A stretch of DNA of 64,000 nucleotides from Adineta vaga (GCA_021613535.1 CP075497.1:310001-374000); one strand, 5' to 3'. Shown: positions 27,380-41,712, counted from the stretch's first letter. Notes: generated by a model not told the origin, from the letters alone. A program made the numbers and translations.

Positions 27380-28357
27380 GCTTTTCTTACATTCTCCAAC
27401 ATAAATATTTCTTATCCTGTTCGTGCTTGGCTGTATTTTATCTTTGTCATACCATCTAGTCTTTGTGATTTATTTAATCTCTATCATTTTCTTCTTAATC
27501 GAACACTTCGACAAGCTCTCAACAATCATGTCATTATTATTGTGCTTTGTCTTGGTCTTTTCTTCAATCTAACTGATATTATCTGGTATATCTATCACTA
27601 TGCAACTGGTTGGTCATTGTCATCAACATATATATTCTATATCATATGGGTATTCCTCGACTATGCTATATTTATATCAGTATTACTGCTCATCGCCTGG
27701 GGCTCTATTGAACGACATATTCTGGTATTTCATTCACATCTACTTGTAACACGAGCAAAGTGTTTCCTGCTTCATTATTTACCATTGATCATCATAACTA
27801 TCTATCCATTTATCTATTATTCAGTTATATTTTTTGTTCTACCCTGTGATATTCCAGTCAATTATGCAAAAGCAAGATGTTATATTGATTATTGGGCATA
27901 TGCGACCGACCTGATGGTGCAATGGGATAATATAGCACATAATATTGTGCCTATATTTACTATTGTAGTTTTTAGCTTTGCTTTGCTTGGACGGATTTGG
28001 TATAATAAATATCGAATTCGTCAAAGGTTTCAATGGAGAAACTATCGAAAAATGACCATTCAGTTGTTGTCAGTGTCTGTGGTCTACTTTATTCTATATT
28101 TTCCTACAGTGTTTATGTATACTCTGTATATGGCTGGTGTCTATTTCGATTATATGGACGATTACTTTTCTGTAGGTTATTATCTATGTTATTTTGTCAT
28201 ATTGTTGACACCATTTGTATGTACTGTTTCGTTACCTGAATTTCGAACTAAACTTCATAAGATCACTCGAATTTGTCGTCGAGCGAGACGTACAGTTGGT
28301 CCGACAATATTAATCATGGATCATCGGATAGTGGATAGAACAGATGTAGCGAAATGA
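27380..28357 (+). CDS. Rhodopsin-like orphan GPCR (bdelloid expanded type); start codon not found
   Basis: LRQALNNHVII, WGSIERHILVFH (DRY-like), RFQWRNYRKMTIQLLSVS, LLTPFVC. Frame is open from 27380 but preceded by TGA at 27377, with no in-frame ATG before TM1. Confidence 0.75.
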   Translation, partial: AFLTFSNINISYPVRAWLYFIFVIPSSLCDLFNLYHFLLNRTLRQALNNHVIIIVLCLGLFFNLTDIIWYIYHYATGWSLSSTYIFYIIWVFLDYAIFISVLLLIAWGSIERHILVFHSHLLVTRAKCFLLHYLPLIIITIYPFIYYSVIFFVLPCDIPVNYAKARCYIDYWAYATDLMVQWDNIAHNIVPIFTIVVFSFALLGRIWYNKYRIRQRFQWRNYRKMTIQLLSVSVVYFILYFPTVFMYTLYMAGVYFDYMDDYFSVGYYLCYFVILLTPFVCTVSLPEFRTKLHKITRICRRARRTVGPTILIMDHRIVDRTDVAK

Positions 28358-30181
28358 TTCTGATTGAAGTCGTCATATAAACAGAAAGAGATCTATGAAA
28401 GATTGAGTTTCCTAATTGTAAAGATCATATCTTATGTCCTGCTCGTTGACAAGTTTTCATCGTATTTTTATTTTGTCAATGTTTGATTGATCTCTCGATG
28501 TTAAATATGGTGTCGTGTATTTGTTTCTTAATACCTAAACATATCTTATTCTACACATCTTTCCTATATTTAATGGACATGTTAACTAGAAAATCATATG
28601 CAAATATTGAATCAAATTGCCACGATATATTAATAGACTTCTACTAGATTACCTAAATAGTCAGATAGTAAGAAGATATCTGACAGTGTTAAAGATCAAC
28701 TTTTCTTGTATCATCTAAGGATGATCTCTTCGTCGACGTTCATCGTTATCTAAAGTTGAGTTTTCTCATAGTATAAAGCATCAATTTAATTTCATGTCGT
28801 CTGATATAAATAAAATGTCTCATCTAATTTGTTTCCGCTTTCTGCAGTTTTATGACAGTATAACAGAATCATTGAGCAGGGTTGTTATTATTGAACTATG
28901 TCACATATATTATCAGATACATCGTCTGTAGAAATAAGGCGGCATATGCATTGAAAACGTGGCAAAAAGAAAAGTGTCGAATCTATGAAAATTCAATAAT
29001 AAGTCCATATGTTGCTCGAATAATGCATTTCATTTTCCACTTGCGATATGAGCAAAGATAAAGTAGCCAATAATTCGTCAATGTAGATGTGGTTGTTGTT
29101 ATAACAATTCATAAGATTATCGATTCGATTTTGAATACCATTAGTAGAGTTTGATTTTGGTCGGTGTGTGGCACCTGTGCTAATTTACACATACAGGTGT
29201 TGCAATCGGCTTTTCTCACTAACAATGACCACTCATCGAAAGAAAATGATTTTTCGAAAACAAAATAGATCAAAATGTTGAGCGTCGATCCCTTTATCAC
29301 GGAAAAAAAGAATAAGATTGTGGGCCATTTTCTGAGAACTTTTGAAAATGGTGATCAAATTCGGACAGAATGTTCTACACCACTTTTATTGAGTAGTTAA
29401 AGCGATTTGGTTTGATTTTTCTTTCAAATTGAAATATAAAGAATTTGTATTCAACTTATTCATTTGTATGCGTTAATTAGAAAAGAAAAGATGTATTTTA
29501 TTCATCGTATAAAAGTATAGAATTATCATTATTGTAAAAGAGAAAAGAAATAAATATGAGGATATGGGTGTGAGTGGGTGTGAATGTGAAAAAGAGGAGA
29601 TACCGACACCCAAACCACCCACCAACACCCTATGTAACTCGATTGATTTTCGAAGAAGTGTTTATAATATCTCAATAAATATTAAATGCGGATAGTTATG
29701 CATAAAAACTTTCTCTAAACACGTGCAGAGGCGCAGAACAACACCTTTTAATACAAGCATTTTAAAAACTAGGATGGGTATGGGTGTGGTTTGGGTGTGG
29801 ATATCTCCTCTTCTTTCACACCCACACCCACACCCTCGTTCTCAGAGTACGTTGCGGAGAAAAGCGTGTCATTCATTTGATTATAATAGAGAAACTTGTA
29901 TTGTCTTTAAATATTTCGTCAGTCGTGTGTCATATCTTAAGCAAATAGATTTTTATGGTATGTATCTTACTTTATTCTACTCTTTATTCACATCGTTCTT
30001 TTAAGAAATATTTGATAAATATCATCGTCGACAAACACATACTGTAAAAATAATCGAAAGATTTTATTTGAAACTACTATCGTAAACGTTTGCAATTTCT
30101 TATCAAACAATTAAAGTATACTGGTAAGATACTGCACACACATCATCATCATTTTTATCTTTATATTTAATATAATTGTAA

Positions 30182-32907
30182 ATGGCACGAGTAAGTAACT
30201 CTGTGTTTTCTTTGATGAATGTAATTTCGAGTTATTTCACCTTAGAAATCGCTACCGATGTATTTTCGTGCATATGGCTTTCCGTGTGCTATTGATGCTG
30301 GTCCAGAGCATAATGAAAAAGTTGATAATACGTGGATGTCAGAAGATGTTGATTTAATTACAGAGTTCCTCGTTCAACGCGATGCTAAAATGGGCATGGA
30401 ACGAAAAGATTTGAGTGAAGAACATCAAAAGCTTCAAGAAGGCAATCCGTATTTCCCTGCATCGGCGACTTTCGATACCTATCCAGAAATCGAAGCTACT
30501 ATTCCAGAGTCTCTCGATTTCAAAGTAACAGGACCAAGACTATTACTTGCCGTCGATAAACAGCAGAACAACAACTCGAAGTTGCAAATATTCACAGATA
30601 ACTGTATAGTGTTTCTGTACCTCACAGGCCATGGTATGTCGCAAACATTGGCCCAAAAACTTGGTAAGCTTGAAGAAGACGACAGTGTTAAACTTGAACT
30701 TCCAAAGTACACGAAATATCCTGTAGTACAGAAGAGCACCTATGATAAGAGAAAACAGCTGAAAGGTGGCGAAATACTTGCATACAAATCATTCTTGAGC
30801 CTCAACGATTTTTACAGCGAATTCTTCCTTGGAATGCAGATGGAAGAGATTAAAAATCTCCATCTCATTATCGTAGCAGATTCATGTCATTCTGGACATT
30901 GGGAACGGTTCAGCAAAACTGATGCAATTATTTTCGATCCCGATGCTGATCTTTCCATAACTGTTCAAACAGCGAGCGAAATGGATACTCCATCTCATGG
31001 ATATTATTTCACTCCATTGTTTATCAACTTCCAAAACTTACAGCAGCAGGAACTCGATATTCTTGAAGATAAGTTCAAGTCGTTGACTGCAAAAGAAAGA
31101 GATCAGCTTCTTAAAGATGTACCAGTGCAGCAGTTCCCAACATTCACCCATGGTCGAACAGATGTATCCTTAATTTCGAAGAATAACAGGTAAGAACTTA
31201 TTTGATAATTCAGTTCCCACTGTTTAGATAGAGATCCAAGAGACTAAATTTCTTTTTGAACATAGACTCAGCCGGGTATATGTCCAAATTGTGTTTGCAT
31301 TAATATCTGACATCTTCTATTTATATATTGAGTAAATGAATACTTAATTTTTAGCAAGTACAATTGAAAAGTTCATTAATTTGTTTTCTGGTTTTTTGAC
31401 TTGATTTTATTTTTGATGTAGTTAAGAATTTCTAAAGGTTACAGAAGTAAATTCCAACAAGCAATGTTGAAACGTTAGACAGTCACCTATATTGATGTGT
31501 TTCAGGTCTTATATTTTCACATCCATCATTAAATGAAATTCGAGTATAGAATTAAGTGTAAAGATGGAGCTAAGTCTGGTTTCAAGTTTGAATTTGAATA
31601 AACCCACAGCTCACTATGATCGCAAAAGAACAAAGTTTTTACGAACGCAAAGTCGATGTGAAAATAAAAAAATTTCTACCATTCGAAATTAGACAAAAAG
31701 TATTGTTGTTGGCTGCTACAAAGAAGAACTGAAAAGTTGTAGGAGTAGAGAATAGAAGTATATTCGTCTCCTCTCGTCTACCTTTTCTTAATCTTTTACT
31801 TTGTTAGATTAGTAATTACTTCGAATTTGTTTTCTTGAGTAACTTTTAGAATTTCATATTTGAAAGGTCTCATATTTTTTCTGAATCAGAAAAATTCGTA
31901 TGAATGCGAGTTCCAAAGCACACTAATAACATTCTGCTATTTTCTAGGCGTCCAGAAGAAGGAAATCATTTTCGTATAATAGATCCGTCGACGGAACTCG
32001 CAGGAAAACTGTATCTTACAATACATAAGCTACGTTTCTTTGTTGATAAATGGTTTTTTGCTTTCTTCGCTAAGCTTTATTACAATGAAAATTGGCTTGG
32101 GATCGATGTATCAAGTTTAACAAGACCAATTCTTAGGGGAAGTAACGCTAAATCGTTTATCAAGAACTTGATTAAAGAAAGAAGAAAGAAACTAGTTATC
32201 AAAGGTATGAAACTGACAATGTATGATGACGATGGACGGCTGGCCGTACCTACTCCTGCGTGTATTGTTGCATTGAAATCAAAACATGATTTTGCTGATA
32301 AAGCTGGACCAGAGAAAGAACATGAATGTTGGTATCAATTGCATGTTCATTATGATGGTCAGAATGAGTTTCCAGGTGAAATTACACATTTGAAAGTGTA
32401 TTATGCGAAGTATTGTTGTGTAAACAACAAAGAGCGCGCCAAAGGTGAGTGATCTACACATACTCAAATGAGATTGACACTCTGGATCAAAGCAGCTAAT
32501 AGAGAACAACTTGTATCGTTTTTTTTTGCTGATTGTCTTTGAAAAAAGTTCTTTATGCTATAAGAAAATTAACTATTCATTTAATAGGCTTCACGGAAGG
32601 ATCGTGTGATGATCTGAATGACGTGAATGAAGTCAAAGCAGAAGCTGGAAAACCGGTGAACAATGGAGGTAAACATCCACATCAAACTGACTATTATTTG
32701 GAAGGATGGCAGGAGTACAAAGAATCAATACGAACTACGTTGGAACAATGGGGTCGAAACCAAATAAAGGAAATGCAAATGGATTCAAACAGGGTGGTCG
32801 AACTGCCCATAAATGCTTGGCAAGATAAAACTCAGTGGAAGAAAGAGGATTCTGTTCAGTTAGGCAACATCGTAGCCGTACGAAAGTGTCGGTTTTTACT
32901 CACCTAG
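30182..32907 (+). CDS. Caspase-fold (clan CD, metacaspase-like) protease with an unknown C-terminal region; exons 30182-30190, 30246-31189, 31948-32444, 32588-32907
   Basis: FLYLTGHG and IIVADSCHSG dyad motifs; three GT-AG introns with matching phases 0/2/1. Confidence 0.75.
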
Positions 32908-33787
32908 TGACATAGTCAGAACAGAAAAAACTTAGACTTAGTGCAACCATCAATCATTAATAAAAAAAGAAATAGTGTATTTTTAAGATCAATAAAATTT
33001 GTCGTATTCACATTCTCTCCCTTTCATTCTCATTTCATATCAGACTTAATAAACCTTCTGTTTTGCAGCTATATTTCGACTTGTTCAAGCATCGCGGAAT
33101 TACGTTTTTTCCTCTTTTGTCTTCAGTATCTTAGCACAATAAAGCCGGCTAAGGTTCATTATTTTCATAATGTATACAAGCTAACATACCCTACACATCT
33201 CAAAAGTTTCGTCAGATTTCTTTTTTCTTTTACGAGTCTCAAATTAAAAAATATGCTTCTGACGGAATCAGCAAAAATGGTAATGCGTTTCCAGCAGCAT
33301 GTCAAGAATTGTAAAGTTTAGCGAAACTGTAAGTGTAACAAAAAACTTTTGTATTTAAAAGTTAAAGTCCCTATGACTAGCCACACATCTGAATGAACAA
33401 AATTAAAATATTTAACAACAATACGCTCCTACAATTAGAGAAAGATTTCGTGACGGAATCACAGTTTGAAAATGTTGAAATTTCAAGAAATTTTATTTAT
33501 TCGAATAGATAAATATAATCCATCAGAGTTTATATGCAAACATTATAAAGGATGAAATAATTAGTAAAATTATTAGGTTGACAAGAAATTTTTGCGTTTT
33601 CGTCGAAAATTTCCTGGAATAGTTGAGGAAATTCTAGAAGTTTCCATACTAAAGCTATATATAGGGGGTATGAACATCTTTCGAACTACAACAAAATTAA
33701 GGATACGGATGTTGATCTCGAAATTAGAAATGAATATATCTCGTCGAGAGCTCAGAGTGCTTCAACTTTATGAATTCTGTTTGGATC

Positions 33788-33870
33788 ATCTTGAGAGTGC
33801 ATGTGGATGATAGCACTGAAGTGTGACTCACATACACACCCACGCCCAAACCTACCCACACCCTCAAGAT
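33788..33870. repeat. Representative copy of a dispersed telomere-like hairpin repeat (about 15 copies in the window)
   Basis: ATCTTGAG..GT-rich arm..spacer..CACACCCAC..CCCTCAAGAT; other copies are listed in the findings. Confidence 0.75.
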
Positions 33871-34025
33871 AATTTTCCTTTCCAGTTTCATCGGATTTTT
33901 CAAAAGAACTGCTTAATCTATGTATTCAATCAGTTAAATGATTTTTCTTCCTTTTCTTGAGAAAGAAAAAGAAAATCTATGCAATAACATATGATGTAAT
34001 TCTGTAGGTTGATGCAAAAAAAATC

Positions 34026-34097
34026 TATCCATGCCGGGATTTGAACCCGGGTATTGGCGGTGAAAGCGCCACATCCTAACCGCTGGACTACACGGAT
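34026..34097 (-). tRNA. trnE-TTC: tRNA-Glu(TTC)
   Basis: ATCCGTG/CATGGAT acceptor stem, anticodon arm TGGCG-CT-TTC-AC-CGCCA, T-loop GGTTCAAATCC, downstream T-run. Confidence 0.92.
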
Positions 34098-34329
34098 ATG
34101 ATATTTTTAGGATGAAAGATATTTCATTCAAACATTACCTTCATTTTATATTCTATTCCAAGAATTAATCGAAAGTGAATTAACTCAAAGAAATGTGTTT
34201 TTCTCTGGTATTTTTACTAATCTTCGCTTTAACGTCGTTATTGACGGTAATGAAAATGTCATTTTAACGACAAATTACACGAAGTTCCTGAGTAATTCAT
34301 CAAATCGTTCATATCAACAGACACCCACA

Positions 34330-34540
34330 CCCTACAGAACCATCTTCTATCTTCTATGATGTTTCATATGCTGTGAAACTTGTGCGTGGATGTTACATTC
34401 TTGAAGCGTTTCTTCAATCAAATTTGATCTGTTTTCATAATCAATCGTATGTCAATTATCTTCGTCGTGCATTGAATACAACAGAACCATTAAATATGAT
34501 CATTATACTTAATACTATTGATCGTACAGTAGAATTTTGT
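34330..34540 (+). pseudogene. Fragment of the 2-TM Cys-rich module family
   Basis: RGCYILEAFLQSNLICFHNQSYVNYL matches the family motif GCYxxExLLQSNLxCxY. Confidence 0.65.
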
Positions 34541-35366
34541 TTGTAAATTATTTGATTTATTTAGATTCATTGCTTATCAAATGTTGTATTGATTAGAAAA
34601 TACGAAATGTGTTTATTCATACAAATTTCATTGTAGAAATATTCGAGTGTTTGAAACAAGAATCGAATCTAATGCGGAACAACCTGATGATATTTCCGGT
34701 AAAAGTTTCGATTCATCGTCGAAATTGAACAATTCGAGTAAAAGAACAAGTCATATGTACCGATAATATTCAATCTAAATGTTGTTGATTATTATTGGGA
34801 AATGATTAGAAGAGATTTAAATTGAACATAAATATTTCTTTAGAAAAGATATTCTTCTCTATAAAATTATAAAAACAATATATTTATTTCTCAAGAAAAT
34901 GAAATACTATTGAATAAAATTTCGAAAGAATATTATATTTTCTAATTATAACTTTATACTCGGCTGTTATTCTTGATACATTAAACAAATAAATATGAAA
35001 TTCTTTGTTTTACTTTCCTTAGACGAGCTATGATTTGATGCAAAAACATGAAATATTTGTCGGACGGAAAACAATAACTTTTATCGTATAGAATATGACT
35101 GATGTTTTTCTCGATTGTTATATAATTTATTCTATCACGACGAAAATAATCGAATATTTTCTTCGATGAAATTTTCGACCATTCTTCCTTTTCTTTTCAT
35201 ATTTGATCTATTTACAAAGGATATTTGACCGATGTAAATAAATTTTTATAATTGGAGGAAAATTGTATTCACATACCAATACGAATCGGATAATTGTGTA
35301 ATTTCGAAAAGAATCAATAATAGAAGAGTAAGTATAGTGAAGAATTGATATAACATAAGAATAAAA

Positions 35367-36356
35367 ATGTTAAATATTATTATTATTATTATATTGTTTA
35401 TAATTCTTAATCAAACATTTGCTTATCGTTGGCGTAATTCATTTGCTATGAGACCAGCTGGACCAGATGCTCATTGGGGTTATGATTGTCCTGGAAATGA
35501 TTTTTTCAATTTTCATACATCAGGCTTCGAGTGTATGGATGCTTGTCGATGAACATCTGAATGTACTCATATTGTATGGTCAGAAACAAATAATCATACG
35601 TGTTATTTAAAAAATGGTTTATTTTCGGATAAAAATCTCAATTTTATTAATGATCGTGATACAATGTGTTCAAAATCATTTTCTAAAGTAATAGAAGATA
35701 AAGAACTTGATAAATTTAATAATACCATTGAATATAAATGGGATTGTCAAATTCCAAAATGTTCTCTATTTGCTGGTATACTTCGAAGTGATAATCCAGT
35801 TAATGTTTGTCTTAGTGATGGATATTCATTATCGGAAATTAGAAAATTCTTTAAAATTGGTAGTTTGAGAATGTTTATGCACGATCCATCGTATATGTGT
35901 AGTAATCAACAACCATGGTTTATTAATGATTCTTTAGCTTATGGATATGGTTTAATGGAATATGACGTAACTTCAGATATAGATTTTTGTTGTATTTGTT
36001 ATAAATTAAATTTTATGGACAATAAATTAAAACACAAAACAATGATCATTTAAATTATTCATCATGAATCGCAGTTTCACAGAGGTAGGCCTTTAGTTGT
36101 ATTATATGCTCCAGGAAGTAGTGATTATACTGTAAAATGCATCGATCAATGGCGAAATGGTAATTATCAATATGAGTATTCTTCAGATATAAAATCACGT
36201 GAAGAATGTTTTAAACTTCCTCAACCAATACAAAATGGATGTTTATTTAAATATGATTGGTTTAAAGGTATTGAAAAGCCAAATATGATTTATACGAAGA
36301 CACAATGTCCAAAAGAAATTATTGATAGAAGTGGATGTTATCAAGGTGTTGTTTAA
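35367..36356 (+). pseudogene. Signal peptide + PAN/apple + GH45 endoglucanase-like gene with two in-frame stops
   Basis: One continuous frame: DCPGND..C..CR*..CTHIVW..TCYLK; YKWDCQIPKCS; YMCSNQQPWFINDSLAYG; CCICYKLNF; KTMII*; CFKLPQPIQNGCLFKYDWF..CPKEIIDRSGC. Stops at 35550 and 36051. Confidence 0.82.
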
Positions 36357-37554
36357 TCTTTAAAGAAATTCTGTGAAAAAAGAATTCGATTAATTTGCTT
36401 GTTGCAATTTTTTGTCTAACTTTTGATCATCGTATGTCATTTTCTTGTGAACGAATAAAAATATCAATGACTCTCGTATCATTAGATGCAAAATTTAATG
36501 CTGATTGTGAATATGAGATTGAAATTATAAATAGTAGAATTTTCCTAGAAAAGAATTCGATTTACTAGAGGAAGTGGGTCATATATGTTTCTCGTTTTTT
36601 ATAACTAAACTGAAGATTCATACATGGAAAAATTTATTCAGAATTTTTCGTCCAAGAATGCAAAACAAGAACCAACTCTCCAAGTGATTCTATTCGAAAT
36701 AACATTATTTGGATCATTCGAGCCATAGATACGCATAAGTTTATATATTGTGTACAAGTCAAACCTACTATGAATGTTTGCTATGCTGCGCATTGTGTTT
36801 GCTAATGGAACAATATTATATACAAAAGACAGAGAATAGGTTGCGGCACATACTAAAGTAAGAAGAACAAATATATCATTAACAGAATAAATCATAATGA
36901 CTCACATGAAAGTTTATTAGTTGCGTCTAAACAAACAAAAAGTCATTCATTAGAAAAGAAATCAAAAGCTCATCCTTATATAAGTATAAGGAAAAAATAT
37001 AATCAGTGAGAACATGATTCTATTTTATTATATCAATTATTTTCTTGCGAAATCTCTTCGAAGTATATACAATGTTAAAACAAGAACTTTTTAATGACAA
37101 CATAGTGCATGCATTGGTAGTAGAATAGATCGTGACACAGAACATCTATATTCATTTAATCAATAGAAGTATAACAAAAAAGATTTCACGAATTATACTA
37201 TAGAAATAGTTTAGTACTGGAAAACATCCATACCCTCACCCTTTAAAACGATTGCAGTAAAATTAGTTTTGTGAAAGCTAATAAAATGCATTCAAATTTG
37301 AAAACAATTGTGCTTAAAAAACATAGCTTGATAATATTCTTCAGTAGGTTTTGTAATAAATGTGGATCATTTTTCTTTATCAATGTAGAATAAAGAACAA
37401 TATGACGCAGGTAGTGGTAGAGAAAGCGTTAACGTTTTTAAGTAAATAACGTCACAAAAAAAAGATAACTAACGATGAGAAGTTCTATTTATTGCCAATT
37501 TCTTTTAGAAATATTTATTATATTTCATTTTAAGAACAAATTTTTATTAATGAG

Positions 37555-39901
37555 ATGTTTTGTATAACAATCTTCCGTGTTATTTTCGCAGTTTTAGCAA
37601 CATTAATTATTGCCGATGGTTCATATCAGTTTGATTATTCTGGCAAAAATGCTGTTGCTGATTTACTTTCTGTAGCTCGAATTAGTAGAAGAAAACCAGG
37701 TAAAGTACCATCAACACTATCTGAGGTAGGAGCCGAATCCAAAAAAAGGGTTTATATAGCTTCGTATATACATAATCATATATTTTTATGAACTCTTACA
37801 GTTCTCATTACTTTCAGTTACTCAATGTCTTCAGCCATTTGGTATTCCAAATGTTTTTCCAACTGGGTTTTTACCATATTCAGTGATCTCAAATGATTTC
37901 GACAATGATGGCAAACGAGACCTAGCAATTGCCAATGCTGGGGACAATACTGTTAGTATTTTGTTAGGAAATGGTAATCGAACGTTTAGAAACCAGATAG
38001 TATATTCAACTGGGCACAATCCATTTTCAATCATCTCGGGTGATTTTAACAATGATAGTAAAGTAGATCTAGCAGTGGTCAATTTGGACAATGATACAGT
38101 TAGTGTTTTGCTCAATAATGGGGATGGAACATTTCGCAACCAGAGCGTGTACGCAACTGGTAGCCAACCGTTTTCTTTAACAGTGGGTGATTTTACAAAT
38201 GATGGCAAATTAGATCTAGCAGTGATCAATACTGAAGATAATACGGTTAGTGTTTTACTAGGAGATGGCTATGGTAGATTTAAAAATCACACAGTATATC
38301 CAGTTGGGAATACTCCACGCGCTGTGGTAGCAGGTGATTTTACAAATGATGGCAATGTAGACTTGGTAGTAACTAATATGAGAAGTTCTACGTTTAGTTT
38401 ACTTATCGGCAATGGCAATGGAACGTTCCGTGATCAGATGGTATATTCAACTGGCAATGAACCATATTCAGTGATTGCATGTGATTTTAACAACGACAAT
38501 AAACTGGATCTGGCAATTACTAATCTGTTTATGCCAATGGTAACTATTTTTCTTGGTAATGGGAATGCAACGTTCGAAATTTCGGGCGGATACAAAGTTG
38601 ATGACGTACCGTTTTCAGCCATATCAGGTGATTTCAATAAAGATGGCAAACTAGATATTGCAGTAACCAGTTTTAATAACGATGTAATTAATGTTTTTCT
38701 TGGTAAAGGTAATGGAGAATTCAAAAATCGGACAACATATTATGCAGGACTCATGCCAATTTCAGCTACATCGGATGATTTCAACAATGACGGTAAACTA
38801 GATTTGGCAGTAGTCAATAGTGATAATGCAATTGTTAATCTTCTTTCTAATAATGGAGACGGGACATATCGAGATCAAAGACGGTATCTAACTGATTACA
38901 AACCATATTCAGTGATCTCGGGCGATTTTAATAAAGATGGCAAACCAGATGTGATAGTAGGTAACTATGACAATCCGGTAGTGACTGTACTTCTAGGTAA
39001 TGGACGCGGCGCATTCGAAAATCAGACAGAGTACTTAGCTGGATATTATCCACGTGCAATAATATCAGGCGACTTTAATAATGATAATATATTAGATCTA
39101 GTAGCGGCCAATAGTGACGATAATACGGTTAGTGTACTCCTTGGTAATGGTGATGCTTCCTTCCGTAATCAAACAATGTATTCAACTGGAAATCAACCAA
39201 CGTCAGTGGTTTCGAGTGATTTCAACAATGACGGCAAATTGGATCTTGCCGTAGCAAATGTTCTAAGTAACTCCGTTAGTATTTTACTTGGCAATGGTGA
39301 TGGATCATTCAGCAATAAGATGGAGTACTCAACTGGTAGCGAACCAACTTCTGTCATATCTAATGATTTCAATAATGATGGATATAAAGATTTAGCAGTA
39401 GCAAATGTTGTCAGTTGTACAGTGAGCATATTTCTTGGAAAAGGCGATGGTACATTCGGTAATCAGACAGTATACTTCACTGGATTGTTTCCTAGATCAG
39501 TGATATCAAATGACTTCAATAACGATGGTAAACTAGATTTAGCAGTAGCCAATTCATACTTTAATCAGAATGGTACAGTCAGCATTTTTTTGGGTCGTGG
39601 AGATGGCACATTTGATAATTCCACTGAATACATGACTGGATATGGACCATATGCAGTGATCTCCGGTGATTTCAACAACGATACTAAACTTGATTTAGTA
39701 GTGGTCAATGGCGCTAGCTCAACAGTTAGCGTATTACTCGGCAACACTGACGGCAGCTTTCAAAATCAGCTACAATATCTAAGTGGAGAAAGTCCAAAAT
39801 CAGTAACATCTGTTGATTTAAATAACGATAAAAAACTTGACTTGGTAATCGCAAATAAGGTGGGATCCAGTTTGACCATTCTTCTGAACTCTTGTTCATA
39901 A
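37555..39901 (+). CDS. Secreted FG-GAP/VCBS repeat protein, 14 repeats; exons 37555-37699, 37818-39901
   Basis: Hydrophobic N-terminus, phase-1 intron, 14 DFNxDGxxDL..LGNGDGTF repeats. Confidence 0.9.
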
Positions 39902-40499
39902 GCAAGATACAACCGTACTTTCCTTTATATTTTTCATTGTCATTTCGAATAAATATTTAACCAGAAGTACTTCAATTTAGATTATTTAGAGGATATTAGT
40001 ATATGAGTTACAACTATATCTATCTCATCATACATATGTATATACGCATAGACAAAGGAAACTGTCAAAACTCGATTATGTGGAGAAAAATAATCAATTC
40101 GAATCGATGTAAATAGAAATAATGGATTTTCATAAATTTTCCTTCAAACATATTATTTCTATCAGTTATAAATTTAGTGAGAAGACTGTCATGATATATC
40201 TAAATAATTTAGAAAAAAATACTAAACGATAGAACAAAAATGTCAGTCTTTTTTAATATTTAAGCTTATTGTTTCCGTTAGGGTTACGAGCCATTTTTTC
40301 AATAAAATAAGAATAAAATGATGCACATCTGTTTTTTAGTATTATTTCTTTCACACATTACCTTCTCTTTAGAATAGATAAAATAAAAGAACAAATTGAA
40401 TCTATGAGAGATCTATGATAGATACACATATAAGCATTTTTATAATAGATCATCAATATCAACAGATATGGAGATCAGGTTTTTCCCATTTCATAGTCC

Positions 40500-40935
40500 T
40501 TCTAACTAGCTACTTGATCTAGATCTGGGCAATTCGGTGTTAAAATACAGTTTTTGCCCGTTCTGAGACCTTTTCCAAGCATTGTTTCATTAGGAAACTA
40601 CGATTTGACTCAAAACCAATATCAGATTCGGAATCAGCGTTAAAAATTTAGTCGATTCATATATGTTTTAAATAATTTTGAGAGAAAAACTTTTTCAAAA
40701 AAAAATCTTTATCTCCCTCAGGGATGTTCTGGCTTATAATGACAATTTTTTCGATAATTCAGCCATTTCTCGAGAGATCAATCTCATCTTCGAACTCGAC
40801 CGAGATATTGATGAAACAATTATGTGCACAAAGTTTCAGCTCATTCGAATGTAGTTGTGAAGAGTTATCGCGTAAACGGCCGGACGGACACACAGACCGA
40901 TTATAGTAGTGTACTCACTTTTTGAGTACACAAAA
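40500..40935. mobile_element. Possible Helentron/DINE-like non-autonomous element end
   Basis: cggccggacggacacacagac microsatellite-like tract, then perfect hairpin GTGTACTCA-CTTTT-TGAGTACAC (40909-40931) and an A-run. Left boundary uncertain. Confidence 0.45.
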
Positions 40936-41712
40936 ATAGTTTAAAAACAATGCTTATAGCCATACGTGAACAATAAAAGATTTAAAAAATTAATATCACC
41001 AATTAATTCTAATAATATAATAAATCTTATATCACGAATAACAAAGAAATAATATTTTAAATGTCGAAATTCTTTCAACTTTTAGATTATCATCAATTGT
41101 TGAAATTCATAGAGTCAACACTGGCTCGACCGGGGATATAATTATATCCTATTTGACGAGGATGAAAATGTCGTTACACTCGCTGTACCTCCTCTCATCT
41201 TTAAAGTTAAATTGAACAAAGAATATAGCTCTTCAATTGGAAGAAAAGTAAAAGAGAGGAAGAAACGATGTAGAATAAGTTTTAAAAAAGGTCTGTATAA
41301 ATCAAAGAAAATTTTATTTTCATTAATTAAATTCATTTGATAATTTATTGTTATTATATTAAACTTTTTCTTCATCTATATTCTTACAATTGAATCTTGA
41401 TATTATAATATTGATATATTTCATAGAACTAATATAACACAGTTTTTAAAACATAGTTAACATAGACTATGTATATAGTTTCTTTCATCCCTTGATTCAC
41501 TTCATAAATTCAGGCAACTTTTACGTTCTGTTAGAAAATATAGAAAAGATTAGAAAATCACTCTCTCTCTCTCTCTTTCGTTCGATTATAAATTCTAAAC
41601 AGTAGACATGTGATATAGTCTATTTTATATAAACGTTTCTTCATATACATCACTATCTGATCAGTTATCTTTCTATACGAAAAATTCATATATATATATT
41701 ATCTGTAGGATA

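Noticed and set aside
33050-33790. Probable old transposon remnant (similar stretches at ~4450-5060 and ~26900-27300)
   Set aside because: I could not define TIRs, TSDs or coding remnants by eye.
37831-39747. Several minus-strand ORFs with repeating SLLKS motifs
   Set aside because: Antisense of the FG-GAP repeats; the same applies to the + strand ORFs at 46087-46684.
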